Assembly: GCF_019264445.1 (NCBI RefSeq)
Contig: NZ_JAHVAB010000062.1
Span: forward strand, 16,663 to 80,662
Direction of reading: 5' to 3'
Origin: Hydrogenophaga sp.
GTDB lineage: Bacteria > Pseudomonadota > Gammaproteobacteria > Burkholderiales > Burkholderiaceae_C
Length of the DNA stretch: 64,000 bases
Made by a program: the position numbers and the translations under genes. Below, one piece after another: positions 42,408 to 52,031 of this stretch. The notes beneath the pieces were generated by a model. It was not told where the DNA came from. It saw nothing but the letters and a program-made list of their open reading frames with translations, and did no database searches. The number at the start of each line of letters is the position of its first letter. Position 1 is the first letter of the stretch.

Positions 42408-42516
42408 CGGCCGATGTTACCTTTGGCAACCGCTCGCGGGGCGCGCAGACATGCAGCACGGGAGCGCGCGTTTAGACTGGCCTTTTGGTGTGAGTGGTGT
42501 CAGACGAGGGACCGAC

Positions 42517-43041
42517 ATGCAGCAATCGATGGTCAACCTGTGGCGCAGCGCCAGGGTCAAGGTGCTCCTGATGGCGCTGGTGGGCCTGCTGAGCGCCTGC
42601 GATCCGCAGCGCATCAGCGAGCTGGAAGAGGGCGTGTCCACCGAGGCGGATGTGCGCGAGCGCTTCGGCACACCCGAGGCCGTGTGGGAGGGTGAGGACG
42701 GTGCGCAGATCTATGAGTACAACCGCCAGCCCGCGGGCCACACCAATTACATGATCACCATCGGCGCGGACGGCAAGATGAGTGCGTTGCGCCAGGTGCT
42801 CACCCCGCGCACCTTCGCGCAGGTGACGCCAGGCATGCCGATGGAAGCGGTGCGCCGCATGCTCGGCAAGCCGATGAAGATCACCCAGTACGCCCTCAAG
42901 CGCGAGACGCACTACGACTGGCGCTATTACGAGAGCCCTGGCGTGGGCGAGTCCCAGGTGTTCACGGTCGTGTTCGACGCCGACCTCAAGGTGGTCCGCA
43001 CGATGTCGGTGCGCGACCCGGACCTCGACAGGAACCGCTGA
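42517..43041 (+). CDS. Lipoprotein with tandem BamE/SmpA-like domains
   Basis: Lipobox LLSAC; two repeats (GVSTEADVRERFGTP, PGMPMEAVRRMLGKP). Confidence 0.7.
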   Translation: MQQSMVNLWRSARVKVLLMALVGLLSACDPQRISELEEGVSTEADVRERFGTPEAVWEGEDGAQIYEYNRQPAGHTNYMITIGADGKMSALRQVLTPRTFAQVTPGMPMEAVRRMLGKPMKITQYALKRETHYDWRYYESPGVGESQVFTVVFDADLKVVRTMSVRDPDLDRNR

Positions 43042-43054
43042 CCGGGCGGTGGCT

Positions 43055-43795
43055 TCAGGCGGCTCGCAGCCGCTGCCAGTCGTCCAGCGCGGGGCGCATC
43101 ACCAGCAGCAACAGCATGAGCGCCAGCGGCACGGTGCTGACGAACCCCAGGTATTTGAAACCCAGCGCGCCCGCCAGCCCGCCGAAGAAAAAGCAGCCAA
43201 TCAGCTGGGCGTGCACCCGCAGGCGGCCCCGATCGGCTTGCACCGGCTCGGCGCCGGGTTGGCGGTTGACGTACAGCAGCTTGCCGAGCTCAATGCCCAG
43301 GTCGGTCACGAGCCCGGTCACGTGGGTGGTGCGGATGCGGGCTTGAGAGATCTTGGTGATCACCGCGTTCTGCAGGCCCATGATGAAGCAGAGCAGCACC
43401 ACCGTGAGCGGCAGGAACACCGGTGTCATGAAACCGATGGCCGCGCCAAACAGGCCAAAGACGAGCAGCGCGGCGGCTTCCAGAATCAGCGGCAGGCCGT
43501 AGGCGCTGCGCAACTCGTGGCGCATGCCCCAGTTCACCAGCCAGGCGGTCGTCATGGCGCCGAGCAGAAAGGCCAGCACGGCACCCGCGCCGGCCAGGGC
43601 CAGCGTGAGTTCACCGAGCACGAGGTGATCGGCCACGGACGACACCATGCCGGTCATGTGCGAGGTGTACTGCCCCACCGCGAGAAAGCCGCCCGCGTTG
43701 GCCGCACCGGCCACAAAAGCCAGCACCGAGCCGAGCTTCAGGTCGGTCTGCGGCGTGCGCTGCAGACTGGTGAAGCCGCGGATCGGTTCAAACAA
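43055..43795 (-). CDS. YoaK / DUF1275 membrane protein
   Basis: AGAANAGGF, YTSHMTG, MGLQNA, RTTHVTG. TTG start inferred. Confidence 0.85.
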   Translation of the reverse strand: MFEPIRGFTSLQRTPQTDLKLGSVLAFVAGAANAGGFLAVGQYTSHMTGMVSSVADHLVLGELTLALAGAGAVLAFLLGAMTTAWLVNWGMRHELRSAYGLPLILEAAALLVFGLFGAAIGFMTPVFLPLTVVLLCFIMGLQNAVITKISQARIRTTHVTGLVTDLGIELGKLLYVNRQPGAEPVQADRGRLRVHAQLIGCFFFGGLAGALGFKYLGFVSTVPLALMLLLLVMRPALDDWQRLRAA

Positions 43796-43805
43796 GGCAG
43801 ACCGT

Positions 43806-45860
43806 TCAGCGCACCCGCATGCCGGGCGTGGCGCCCGGCCAGGGGTTGAGGATGTGGATGCCGGGCGCGGCCTTTTCGTCGGCATGGCTGGCGGCCAGCA
43901 CCATGCCTTCGCTCACGCCAAATTTCATCTTGCGCGGCGCCAGGTTGGCCACCATCACGGTGAGCTTGCCCACCAGCTCTTCGGGCTTGTAGGCGCTGGC
44001 AATGCCGCTGAAGACGTTGCGTGTTTTGCCTTCGCCCACGTCCAGCGTGAGGCGCAGCAGCTTGTTCGTCCCCTCCACCGCTTCGCAATTCACGATCTGC
44101 GCAATGCGCAGGTCGATCTTGGTGAAGTCGTCGATGGAGATGGTCTCGGCCATGGGCTCGCCGCCGGGCACGGTCTTGGGCGCCTCGGGCTGCGGCGGTG
44201 GCTCGAACAGCGCGTCGAGCTGCTTCACGTCCACGCGCTGCATGAGGTGCTGGTAGGCGTTGATGGCGTGGCCAGCGCCCAGCAGGCGCGCGGCGTCGGC
44301 CCATTGCAGCGGCTGGACCTGCAGGAACGACTCCACCTGCGTGGCGAGCGCGGGCAGCACCGGTTTGAGGTAGAGCGCGAGCAGGCGGAAGGCCTCGATG
44401 CAGGTGCTGCACACGTCGTGCAGGCGGGCGTCCTGCCCTTCCTGCTTGGCGAGTTCCCAGGGCTTGTTCTGGTCGACGTAGGCGTTGACCTGATCGGCCA
44501 GCGCCATGATCTCGCGCAGCGCCTTGCCGTATTCGCGCGTGTCGAACAGCGCGGCCACGGCCTCTGCGCGCGCCTGCAGTGCCTGCAGCAGCGCGGCGCC
44601 GTCGGCTGAGGCCGTGCCGAGCTGGCCGTCGAACCGCTTGGCAATGAAGCCTGCGGCGCGGCTGGCGATGTTGATGAACTTGCCGATCAGGTCGCTGTTG
44701 ACCCGCAGCATGAAGTCTTCGGGGTTGAAGTCGATGTCTTCGTTGCGCGCCGAGAGCTTGGCCGCGAGGTAGTAGCGCAGCCACTCGGGGTTCATGCCCA
44801 GCTTCAGGTACTTGAGCGGGTCCAGCCCGGTGCCGCGGCTCTTGCTCATCTTCTCGCCGTTGTTCACGGTCAGGAAGCCGTGTACGAACACCGCGTTGGG
44901 CGTCTTGCGGCCGCTGAAGTGCAGCATGGCCGGCCAGAACAGCGTGTGGAAGGTGATGATGTCCTTGCCGATGAAGTGGTACTGCTCGGTGGACGGGTCG
45001 GCCATGAAGGCGGCGTAGTCGATGCCCTGCTTGCCCAGCCAGTTCTTGAGCGAGGCCAGGTAGCCCACGGGGGCGTCGAGCCACACGTAAAAGTATTTGC
45101 CCGGCGCGTCGGGGATCTCGATGCCGAAGTAGGGCGCGTCGCGCGAGATGTCCCAGTCGCCCAGCTTGGTCTGGCCGTTCTCGTCGGGCGCGATCCACTC
45201 ACTGATCTTGTTGAGCACCTCGGGCTGCACCGCACCGCTGGTGGTCCATTGCTTGAGGAAGTCCAGGCTGCGCGGGTCGGAGAGCTTGAAGAAGAAGTGC
45301 TCGGAGTTCTTCAGCACCGGCTGCGCACCCGAAAGGGCCGAGTACGGCTTGATCAGGTCGGTGGGGCTGTAGACCTTGCCGCACACCTCGCAGTTGTCGC
45401 CGTACTGGTCCTTGGCATGGCAGTTGGGGCACTCACCCTTGATGAAGCGGTCGGGCAGGAACATGTTCTTCTCGGGGTCGAAGAACTGTTCGATGGTGCG
45501 CGTCTCGATCAGGCCGTTGGCCTTGAGGTCTTTGTAGATCTGCTGCGCGAGCTCGTGGTTTTCGGGCGCGTCGGTGCTGTGCCAGTTGTCAAAGCCAATG
45601 TGAAAGCCGTCCAGGTACGGCTTGCGGCCCGCGGCGATGTCGGCCACGAACTGCTGCGGCGTCTTGCCCGCCTTGTCGGCCGCGATCATGATCGGCGCGC
45701 CGTGCGCATCGTCGGCGCACACAAAATGGACCTCATGGCCCTGCATGCGCTGGAAGCGCACCCAGATGTCGGCCTGGATGTATTCCATGATGTGACCGAT
45801 GTGGAAATGGCCGTTGGCGTAGGGCAGGGCGGTGGTGACGAACAGGCGTCGCTGGCTCAT
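43806..45860 (-). CDS. metG: Methionine--tRNA ligase with C-terminal tRNA-binding domain
   Basis: [11 protein letters not shown], Zn knuckle (CPNC...CEVC), KMSKS, C-terminal Trbp domain. Confidence 0.97.
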   Translation of the reverse strand: MSQRRLFVTTALPYANGHFHIGHIMEYIQADIWVRFQRMQGHEVHFVCADDAHGAPIMIAADKAGKTPQQFVADIAAGRKPYLDGFHIGFDNWHSTDAPENHELAQQIYKDLKANGLIETRTIEQFFDPEKNMFLPDRFIKGECPNCHAKDQYGDNCEVCGKVYSPTDLIKPYSALSGAQPVLKNSEHFFFKLSDPRSLDFLKQWTTSGAVQPEVLNKISEWIAPDENGQTKLGDWDISRDAPYFGIEIPDAPGKYFYVWLDAPVGYLASLKNWLGKQGIDYAAFMADPSTEQYHFIGKDIITFHTLFWPAMLHFSGRKTPNAVFVHGFLTVNNGEKMSKSRGTGLDPLKYLKLGMNPEWLRYYLAAKLSARNEDIDFNPEDFMLRVNSDLIGKFINIASRAAGFIAKRFDGQLGTASADGAALLQALQARAEAVAALFDTREYGKALREIMALADQVNAYVDQNKPWELAKQEGQDARLHDVCSTCIEAFRLLALYLKPVLPALATQVESFLQVQPLQWADAARLLGAGHAINAYQHLMQRVDVKQLDALFEPPPQPEAPKTVPGGEPMAETISIDDFTKIDLRIAQIVNCEAVEGTNKLLRLTLDVGEGKTRNVFSGIASAYKPEELVGKLTVMVANLAPRKMKFGVSEGMVLAASHADEKAAPGIHILNPWPGATPGMRVR

Positions 45861-46016
45861 GGGAGGGGCTTTCTGTCGGGGAACCCGCGATTTTACGGGC
45901 CGATGACCTCATCGCGCCTGTGTGTATGACCCGCGGGCGGGCAGGACGTTAGACTTGCCGGCGCTCTGACGCCCCCCATAACACCGATACCCCCACCTCT
46001 ATGGAGACCGTTTCCC

Positions 46017-47108
46017 ATGGCCGTTGATTCCCAGGCGCTGCTGACCGCGCTGCAAGCTGTGACCGACCCGAACACCGGCAAGGACTTCGTGAGCACCAAG
46101 GCCCTGAAAAACCTGCAGGTGGCCGACGGTGACGTGTCGTTTGACGTGGAAATGGGCTACCCGGCCAAGAGCCAGCTGCCGTCGCTGCGCCGCGCGCTGA
46201 TTGGTGCGGCCAAGGCGGTGGCGGGCGTGGACAACGTGTCGGTGAACATGACGACCAGGATCACCGCGCACGCCGTGCAGCGCGGTGTGCAGCTCATGCC
46301 CAACGTGAAGAACATCATTGCCGTGGCCTCGGGCAAGGGCGGCGTGGGCAAGAGCACCACCGCCGTGAACCTGGCGCTGGCGCTGTCGGCCGAGGGGGCG
46401 AAGGTCGGCATTCTGGATGCCGACATTTACGGCCCCAGCCAGCCGATGATGATGGGTGTGGAAGGCCGGCCGGAGAGCTCGGACGGCAAGACCATGGACC
46501 CGCTGGAAAACTACGGCGTGCAGGTCATCTCCATCGGTTTCCTGATCGACCGAGACGAAGCCATGATCTGGCGCGGCCCCATGGCCACCCAGGCGCTGGA
46601 GCAGCTGCTGCGCCAGACCAACTGGACCGACCTGGACTACCTGATCGTCGACATGCCACCGGGCACGGGCGACATCCAGCTCACGCTCAGCCAGCGCGTG
46701 CCGCTCACCGGCGCGGTGATCGTGACCACGCCGCAGGACATTGCGCTGCTCGACGCGCGCAAGGGCATCAAGATGTTCGAGAAGGTGGGTGTGCCCATCC
46801 TCGGCATCGTGGAAAACATGGCCGTTCACGTGTGCGAGAAGTGTGGTCATGTGGAGCACATCTTTGGCGCCGACGGTGGCAAAAACATGGCCGCCGAATA
46901 CGGCATGGACTACCTGGGCGCGCTGCCGCTGAACATGAGCATCCGCGTGCAGGCCGACAGCGGCATGCCCACCGTGGTGGCGGACCCCGAAGGCGAAATC
47001 GCCAACCTCTACAAGGGCGTGGCACGCCAGGTGGCGATCAAGATCGCGGCCAAGGCCAAAGACTTCTCCAGCAAGTTTCCTTCGATCAAGATTTCGAAGG
47101 ACACCTGA
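46017..47108 (+). CDS. apbC: Iron-sulfur cluster carrier ApbC / Mrp
   Basis: SGKGGVGKST, DADIYGPS, WRGPM, DMPPGTGD, CEKCGH. Confidence 0.94.
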   Translation: MAVDSQALLTALQAVTDPNTGKDFVSTKALKNLQVADGDVSFDVEMGYPAKSQLPSLRRALIGAAKAVAGVDNVSVNMTTRITAHAVQRGVQLMPNVKNIIAVASGKGGVGKSTTAVNLALALSAEGAKVGILDADIYGPSQPMMMGVEGRPESSDGKTMDPLENYGVQVISIGFLIDRDEAMIWRGPMATQALEQLLRQTNWTDLDYLIVDMPPGTGDIQLTLSQRVPLTGAVIVTTPQDIALLDARKGIKMFEKVGVPILGIVENMAVHVCEKCGHVEHIFGADGGKNMAAEYGMDYLGALPLNMSIRVQADSGMPTVVADPEGEIANLYKGVARQVAIKIAAKAKDFSSKFPSIKISKDT

Positions 47109-47124
47109 GTTTTCTCAAGCCCCC

Positions 47125-47475
47125 ATGAAACGCCTGCGCGCCGGCGGAGGGTCTCGCGATGGGGGCGCCAGTTGGCGCGTCGGGCGGGCGGTGGTGTTGC
47201 CCGCCGTGCTGGGCCTGCTGCAGGCCTGTGTGTACGTGCCCCGCACCACCGCGTTTTACGACGCCGATTGCCAGGTGTCGGCCAGGCGCATGGATCTGGC
47301 GCCGCTGCAGCTGGCGTCCATCCAGCATTGCGGCAACGAGGGCTGCGTGGTCCTGCTGGTGGCGGCGGGTGCCACCGCCGCCGCAAGCGCCATCGTCTCG
47401 GGCAGCATCGTCATCGTCGGCAACGTGGCTTACTGGTTCGAGAAGCAGGGGCGCTGCCGGCGAGAGACGCCCTGA
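47125..47475 (+). CDS. Small Cys-containing hypothetical lipoprotein/membrane protein
   Basis: Lipobox-like LLQAC, four further Cys, hydrophobic C-terminal hairpin. Start uncertain. Confidence 0.55.
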   Translation: MKRLRAGGGSRDGGASWRVGRAVVLPAVLGLLQACVYVPRTTAFYDADCQVSARRMDLAPLQLASIQHCGNEGCVVLLVAAGATAAASAIVSGSIVIVGNVAYWFEKQGRCRRETP

Positions 47476-47496
47476 GCGCGCAGTGGCAAGACCCGC

Positions 47497-49062
47497 TCAG
47501 GCGCCTTCGCGCTCGCGCAGGCGGAACCGCTGGATCTTTCCCGTTGCGGTCTTGGGCAGCTCGGGCAGAAATTCGATGAACCGCGGGTACTTGTAGGGCG
47601 CCAGCTTCTCCTTCACGAACGCCTGCAGTTCGGCTTCGGTGGCCGCAGCCCCCGCTTTCAGCACCACGAAAGCCTTGGTCTTGGTCAGCCCGTCGGCGTC
47701 CACTTTCCCGATCACCGCGGCTTCGAGCACGGCGGGGTGCTGCACCAGCGTGGCTTCCACTTCGAAGGGGCTCACGTAGATGCCGCTGACCTTGAGCATG
47801 TCGTCGTTGCGCCCGGCGTACGTGCAGTAGCCGTCGGCGTCTCGCGTGTACTTGTCGCCGGCTTTGGTCCAGCCGCCCTGGAAGGTGTCGCGGCTCTTGG
47901 TGCGGTTGTTCCAGTACATCAGCGCGGCGCTGGGGCCCTTGATGTAGAGGTCGCCGATCTCGCCGTCGGGCACGGGCTGGCCGTCTTCGCCACGCAGTTC
48001 GATCTCGTAACCCGGCACCGGCTTGCCGGTGGTGCCGTAGCGCACGTCGCCCGGCCGGTTGGAGAGGAACACGTGCAGCATCTCGGTGCTGCCGATGCCG
48101 TCGATGATCTCGACGCCGAAATGCTGGGTCCAGCGCTGCCCAATGTCTTGCGGCAGGGCTTCGCCCGCCGACGAGCACAGGCGCAAAGCCACGTCGCTTT
48201 TCTTCGGCAGGTCGGGGCTGGCGAGCATGCCGCCGTAGCCGGTGGGCGCGCCGTAGAACACGGTGGGCTTGTGCCCGGTGAAGCGCTTGAAGCAGGCTTG
48301 TGGCGTGGCGCGCTCGGCCATCAGCAACACCGTGGCCCCCACCGAAAGAGGGAAGGTGAGCGCATTGCCCAGGCCATAGGCAAAGAAGAGCTTGGCCGCG
48401 GAAAACACGGTGTCGTTCTCGCGCAGGTCCAGCACGCCCTTGCCATAGAGCTCCGCTGTCCAGTAGAGGTTGGCCTGGGTGTGCACTGCGCCCTTGGGCG
48501 CGCCGGTGGAGCCGGACGAGTACAGCCAGAACGCGGGTTCGTCGCCGTGCGTGTCGGCCGCGTCGGCAGCGGCCGCGTGGCTGGCCACCAGCGTGGTGAA
48601 GGGGTGCATGCCGGCGGGCAGGGCTTCGGTGGCGCGCGAGACGACCACGTGCTTCACTTCGTTGGGCTGCGCCGCCAGAGCGGACTGCAGTGTGGGTAAG
48701 AGCGCGGCAGACACCAGCGCAGCCTGCGCGCGGCTGTTGGACAGCATGTAGGCGTAGTCCTGTGCGGTCAGCAGCGTGTTCACCGCCACCGGCACCACGC
48801 CGGCATGCAGCGCCCCTAGGAAGGCCACCACCCAGTCGCTGCTGTCGTGCATGAGCAGCAGCACGCGTTCTTCGCGGCGCAGACCGAGCGCACGCAGCGC
48901 GCTGGAGAAGCGCCGCACCTGGTCGGCCAGTTCGCCGTAGGTCAGCGTGCCCTGGTCGTCGATCAGCGCAGGCTTGCTGGCGCGGTCTGCGTTGAGCTCC
49001 AGCAGGTGGCGCGCGAAATTGAAGCGCTCGGGCGGTGGTGCGACGGTGTCGGGGTGGCTCAT
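47497..49062 (-). CDS. bclA: Benzoate--CoA ligase
   Basis: YSSGSTGAPKG, KLFFAYGLGN, GIGSTEM, KTATGKIQR. Lies in the box cluster. Confidence 0.92.
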   Translation of the reverse strand: MSHPDTVAPPPERFNFARHLLELNADRASKPALIDDQGTLTYGELADQVRRFSSALRALGLRREERVLLLMHDSSDWVVAFLGALHAGVVPVAVNTLLTAQDYAYMLSNSRAQAALVSAALLPTLQSALAAQPNEVKHVVVSRATEALPAGMHPFTTLVASHAAAADAADTHGDEPAFWLYSSGSTGAPKGAVHTQANLYWTAELYGKGVLDLRENDTVFSAAKLFFAYGLGNALTFPLSVGATVLLMAERATPQACFKRFTGHKPTVFYGAPTGYGGMLASPDLPKKSDVALRLCSSAGEALPQDIGQRWTQHFGVEIIDGIGSTEMLHVFLSNRPGDVRYGTTGKPVPGYEIELRGEDGQPVPDGEIGDLYIKGPSAALMYWNNRTKSRDTFQGGWTKAGDKYTRDADGYCTYAGRNDDMLKVSGIYVSPFEVEATLVQHPAVLEAAVIGKVDADGLTKTKAFVVLKAGAAATEAELQAFVKEKLAPYKYPRFIEFLPELPKTATGKIQRFRLREREGA

Positions 49063-49091
49063 GGGTGTCTCCTGCGTTGTTGGGAAATTCC

Positions 49092-49165
49092 CCGTTCGGG
49101 CCGAGCCTGTCGAAGCCCGGCGCGAGCCGGGTCTGGATGCCCTTCGACAGGCTCAGGGTGAACGG
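49092..49165. repeat. REP-like inverted repeat, copy 2 (between boxD and bclA)
   Basis: ccgttcgggccgagcctgtcgaag ... cttcgacaggctcagggtgaacgg, with internal hairpin cccggc-gcga-gccggg. Confidence 0.85.
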
Positions 49166-49178
49166 TGAGGTGGGTGTT

Positions 49179-50756
49179 TCAGAGCTTCAAAGCGTAGGCA
49201 GATGCCGCCAGGGCGTCCAGCGCTGCGCTGCTGGCCTGCACGGCGGTGCGGCGGTGGTAGAAGCCCAGCGCGCGCAGTCCGCCCAGTTCTTCGCCACCGC
49301 CCGCGCGGCCCGGGCCACCGTGCAGCGACATGGGCATCACGTTGCCGTGGCCACTGTGGCTGGCGACGACGTCGGGCGAGATCGCATGCACGCGGCCGTG
49401 CGACGAGCCGAGCTCGAGCGTGGCGCTGGCGGTGAAGGCCGGGTCGGCGCTGTAGACCGAGCAGACCAGCGAGCCTTCGCCCCGGCGGATCAGCTCGTAG
49501 GCTTGCTCGATGCTGTCGTAGGCCATGAGCGTGGCCACCGGGCCGAACACCTCGACCTCGTGCAGCACGCGCGCCTTGGCCGGTTCGCGCGAACCCAGCA
49601 GCACGGGCGCCACGCACGCGGCCACGGCCGCATCGGCGTCCACCAGCGGCGCATTCGCACCGTCAAAGAGCACTTCGGCTTCGGCGCGCAGCGCGGCAAT
49701 GCCGGCGAGCACGCTGGCCTTTTGCTCCTGGCTCACCAGCGAGCCCATGCGCACAGACTCCACGCGCGGGTTGCCCACGGTGGTTTGGCCGAGCTTGGCG
49801 GCGATGGCCTGCGCGGCGGCGTCAAACAGCGCGCGCGGCACGAACACGCGGCGGATGGCGGTGCATTTCTGCCCGGCCTTCACGGTCATTTCGCGCACCA
49901 CTTCGCTCACCAGCAGGTTGAACGCCTCGCTGTCGGCGGTGGCGGCGGGGTCGAGCAGCGCGCTGTTGAGGCTGTCGGCCTCGATGTTGCAACGCACCGA
50001 ACGCTCGGCCACGGCAGGGTGGCTTCGGATGACGCGCGCGGTGTCGGCCGAGCCGGTGAACGAGACCACATCGAACGGCTGCAACTGGTCCATGAGGCCG
50101 GCGGAGGAGCCGCAGACCACCGAGAGCGCGCCCGGCGGCAGGATGTTGGCGTCGATCACGTCCTTGACCATGCGCTGCGTGAGCCAGGCGGTGGCGGTGG
50201 CGGGCTTGACGATCACCGGCACCCCGGAGAGCAGGGCCGGGGCGGCTTTCTCCCACAGGCCCCAGCTGGGAAAGTTGAAGGCGTTGATGAACAGCGCCAC
50301 GCCGTGCGTGGGCTGCAGCACGTGCTGTGTCTGGAACACCGGGTCTTTGCCCATGCGGATGCGCTCGCCATCGAGCAGTGCGCGCGCCGAACCCAGGGCC
50401 TCGCCCTGCTTGGCGTAGTAGCCCAGGGTGAAGATGCCGCCGTCGATGTCCACCGCGGAGTCTTTGGTGGTGGTGCCCGAGTTCGCGGTGGCGATCTCGT
50501 AGTAGGCGTCGCGGTGGGCCTGCAGCACCTTGACGATGGCCGCCAGCAGGCCGGCGCGCTCGCCGTAGCTCAGGGCGCGAAGGGCCTGGCCGCCTTGTTC
50601 ACGCGCAAACCGGAAGCTGCTGGCGAGGTCCAGGCCTGCGCTGCTCACGCGGACGAGTTCGGTGCCCAGCACCGGGTCGAACAGCGGGGTGCCCGCGCCG
50701 GAGCCGGTTTGCCATTGACCGCCGAGGAAGTTGGGAAGCAGGGGAGAAGAGCTCAT
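49179..50756 (-). CDS. boxD: 3,4-dehydroadipyl-CoA semialdehyde dehydrogenase
   Basis: ALDH fold: NAFNFP, FTGSA, EADSLN, GQKCTA, EVFGP. PaaZ-like N-terminus, in box context. Confidence 0.88.
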   Translation of the reverse strand: MSSSPLLPNFLGGQWQTGSGAGTPLFDPVLGTELVRVSSAGLDLASSFRFAREQGGQALRALSYGERAGLLAAIVKVLQAHRDAYYEIATANSGTTTKDSAVDIDGGIFTLGYYAKQGEALGSARALLDGERIRMGKDPVFQTQHVLQPTHGVALFINAFNFPSWGLWEKAAPALLSGVPVIVKPATATAWLTQRMVKDVIDANILPPGALSVVCGSSAGLMDQLQPFDVVSFTGSADTARVIRSHPAVAERSVRCNIEADSLNSALLDPAATADSEAFNLLVSEVVREMTVKAGQKCTAIRRVFVPRALFDAAAQAIAAKLGQTTVGNPRVESVRMGSLVSQEQKASVLAGIAALRAEAEVLFDGANAPLVDADAAVAACVAPVLLGSREPAKARVLHEVEVFGPVATLMAYDSIEQAYELIRRGEGSLVCSVYSADPAFTASATLELGSSHGRVHAISPDVVASHSGHGNVMPMSLHGGPGRAGGGEELGGLRALGFYHRRTAVQASSAALDALAASAYALKL

Positions 50757-50824
50757 CGAGGTGGTCTCGTTCGTGGTGGGACGGCCCTGCGACAGTGGTC
50801 GAGGGAAGAGAATGGCGCTATAAC

Positions 50825-50864
50825 TGCACTATCTTGCGTTTTGCAGATTGTGCATTAAAGTGCA
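50825..50864. promoter_or_regulatory. TGCA repeats, putative BoxR/BzdR operator in the divergent boxD/boxR region
   Basis: TGCA at 50825, 50842, 50851 and 50861. The last two form TGCA-ttaaag-TGCA. Confidence 0.7.
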
Positions 50865-50932
50865 TGTTTTGACGCTTGGCAAGCCCCACAGGGTTTTCCT
50901 GTCCCGTCCACCCACAGAAAGATCGAGACACC

Positions 50933-51871
50933 ATGGACGTCGTCGACCCCGGCGCGATGGCCACAGGCGAGCCCAGGCCGCCCGTGGCGGAAGAGGAGCC
51001 GCGCCACCCGTTTCTGGTTGCGCTGGGCGAGCGCGTGCGCACCCTGCGCTCGCGGCGGGGCATGACCCGCAAGGCGGTCGCCATCGCCGCCGATGTGTCC
51101 GAGCGGCACCTGGCCAACCTTGAATACGGCACGGGCAATGCGTCGATCCTGGTGCTCCTGCAGGTGGCCACCGCCTTGCAGTGCTCGCTGGCCGAACTGA
51201 TTGGTGACGTGAGCACAAGCTCACCGGAATGGCTGCTGATCCGCGAGCTGCTGGAGAAGCGCAACGAGGCCGATTTGCGCCGCGCGCGCATCGCCATCGG
51301 CGGCCTGCTGGGCGGTGGTGCATCGCCTGGCGGTGACCCGGGGCGCAAGGCCCGCATTGCGCTCATTGGCCTGCGTGGCGCGGGCAAGTCCACGCTGGGC
51401 CAGCGCCTGGCCGACGACCTGGGTTTCGCCTTCATCGAGCTCAGCCGCGAGATCGAGAAGTTCGCCGGGTGCAGCATCAATGAAATCCACTCCCTGTACG
51501 GCACGCCCGCCTACCGCCGCTACGAGCGGCGCGCGCTGGAAGAAGCGATCCAGATCTACCCCGAGGTGGTGATCGCCACCCCCGGCGGGCTGGTGTCGGA
51601 CGCGGCCAACTTCAACCTGCTGCTCTCCCACTGCACCACCGTGTGGCTGCAGGCCGATCCGGCCGACCACATGGGCCGCGTGGCAGCCCAGGGCGACATG
51701 CGCCCCATGGCCGCCAGCCGCGAAGCCATGGAAGACCTCAAGCGCATCCTCGCCGGGCGCTCGGCCTTCTATTCGAAGGCCGACATGGCGTTTGACACCA
51801 GCGCCTACAACCTGGAAGACGCCTTCCAGGCGCTGCGGGTGCAGGTGCGCGAGGCGCTGGGATTGATTTGA
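50933..51871 (+). CDS. boxR: BoxR/BzdR-type regulator (XRE HTH plus shikimate-kinase-like domain)
   Basis: HTH (SERHLANLEYG) fused to a GLRGAGKST P-loop domain. Confidence 0.9.
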   Translation: MDVVDPGAMATGEPRPPVAEEEPRHPFLVALGERVRTLRSRRGMTRKAVAIAADVSERHLANLEYGTGNASILVLLQVATALQCSLAELIGDVSTSSPEWLLIRELLEKRNEADLRRARIAIGGLLGGGASPGGDPGRKARIALIGLRGAGKSTLGQRLADDLGFAFIELSREIEKFAGCSINEIHSLYGTPAYRRYERRALEEAIQIYPEVVIATPGGLVSDAANFNLLLSHCTTVWLQADPADHMGRVAAQGDMRPMAASREAMEDLKRILAGRSAFYSKADMAFDTSAYNLEDAFQALRVQVREALGLI

Positions 51872-51878
51872 ACAAACA

Positions 51879-51925
51879 TGCATGAAAGTGCATTGACGGC
51901 TTTGAACTTGTGAATTATTATTCAC
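51879..51925 (+). promoter_or_regulatory. boxC promoter/operator region
   Basis: TGCA-tgaaag-TGCA (51879-51892) abuts TTGACG (-35-like). Palindrome GTGAAT-tatt-ATTCAC at 51910-51925. Confidence 0.7.
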
Positions 51926-52031
51926 GTCACCAGGTTCGGACCGGCGTTTGAGTGCAGGTCATCGGGCCTGATCCACCCCGCAGCCCGCTGCGGTTGCCCG
52001 CCGATTCCAGAGACCTGCCCGGAGACACCCC

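Noticed and set aside
39610-42459. 949-aa ORF apparently fusing a long N-terminal region to ScpA
   Set aside because: The upstream part is an off-frame reading of sulP and DUF3460. The ScpA homology starts at ATG 40458.
37897-49165. Palindromic repeats as a possible CRISPR array or IS ends
   Set aside because: There are only two isolated copies 11 kb apart, no repeat-spacer periodicity, and no cas or transposase gene in the window.
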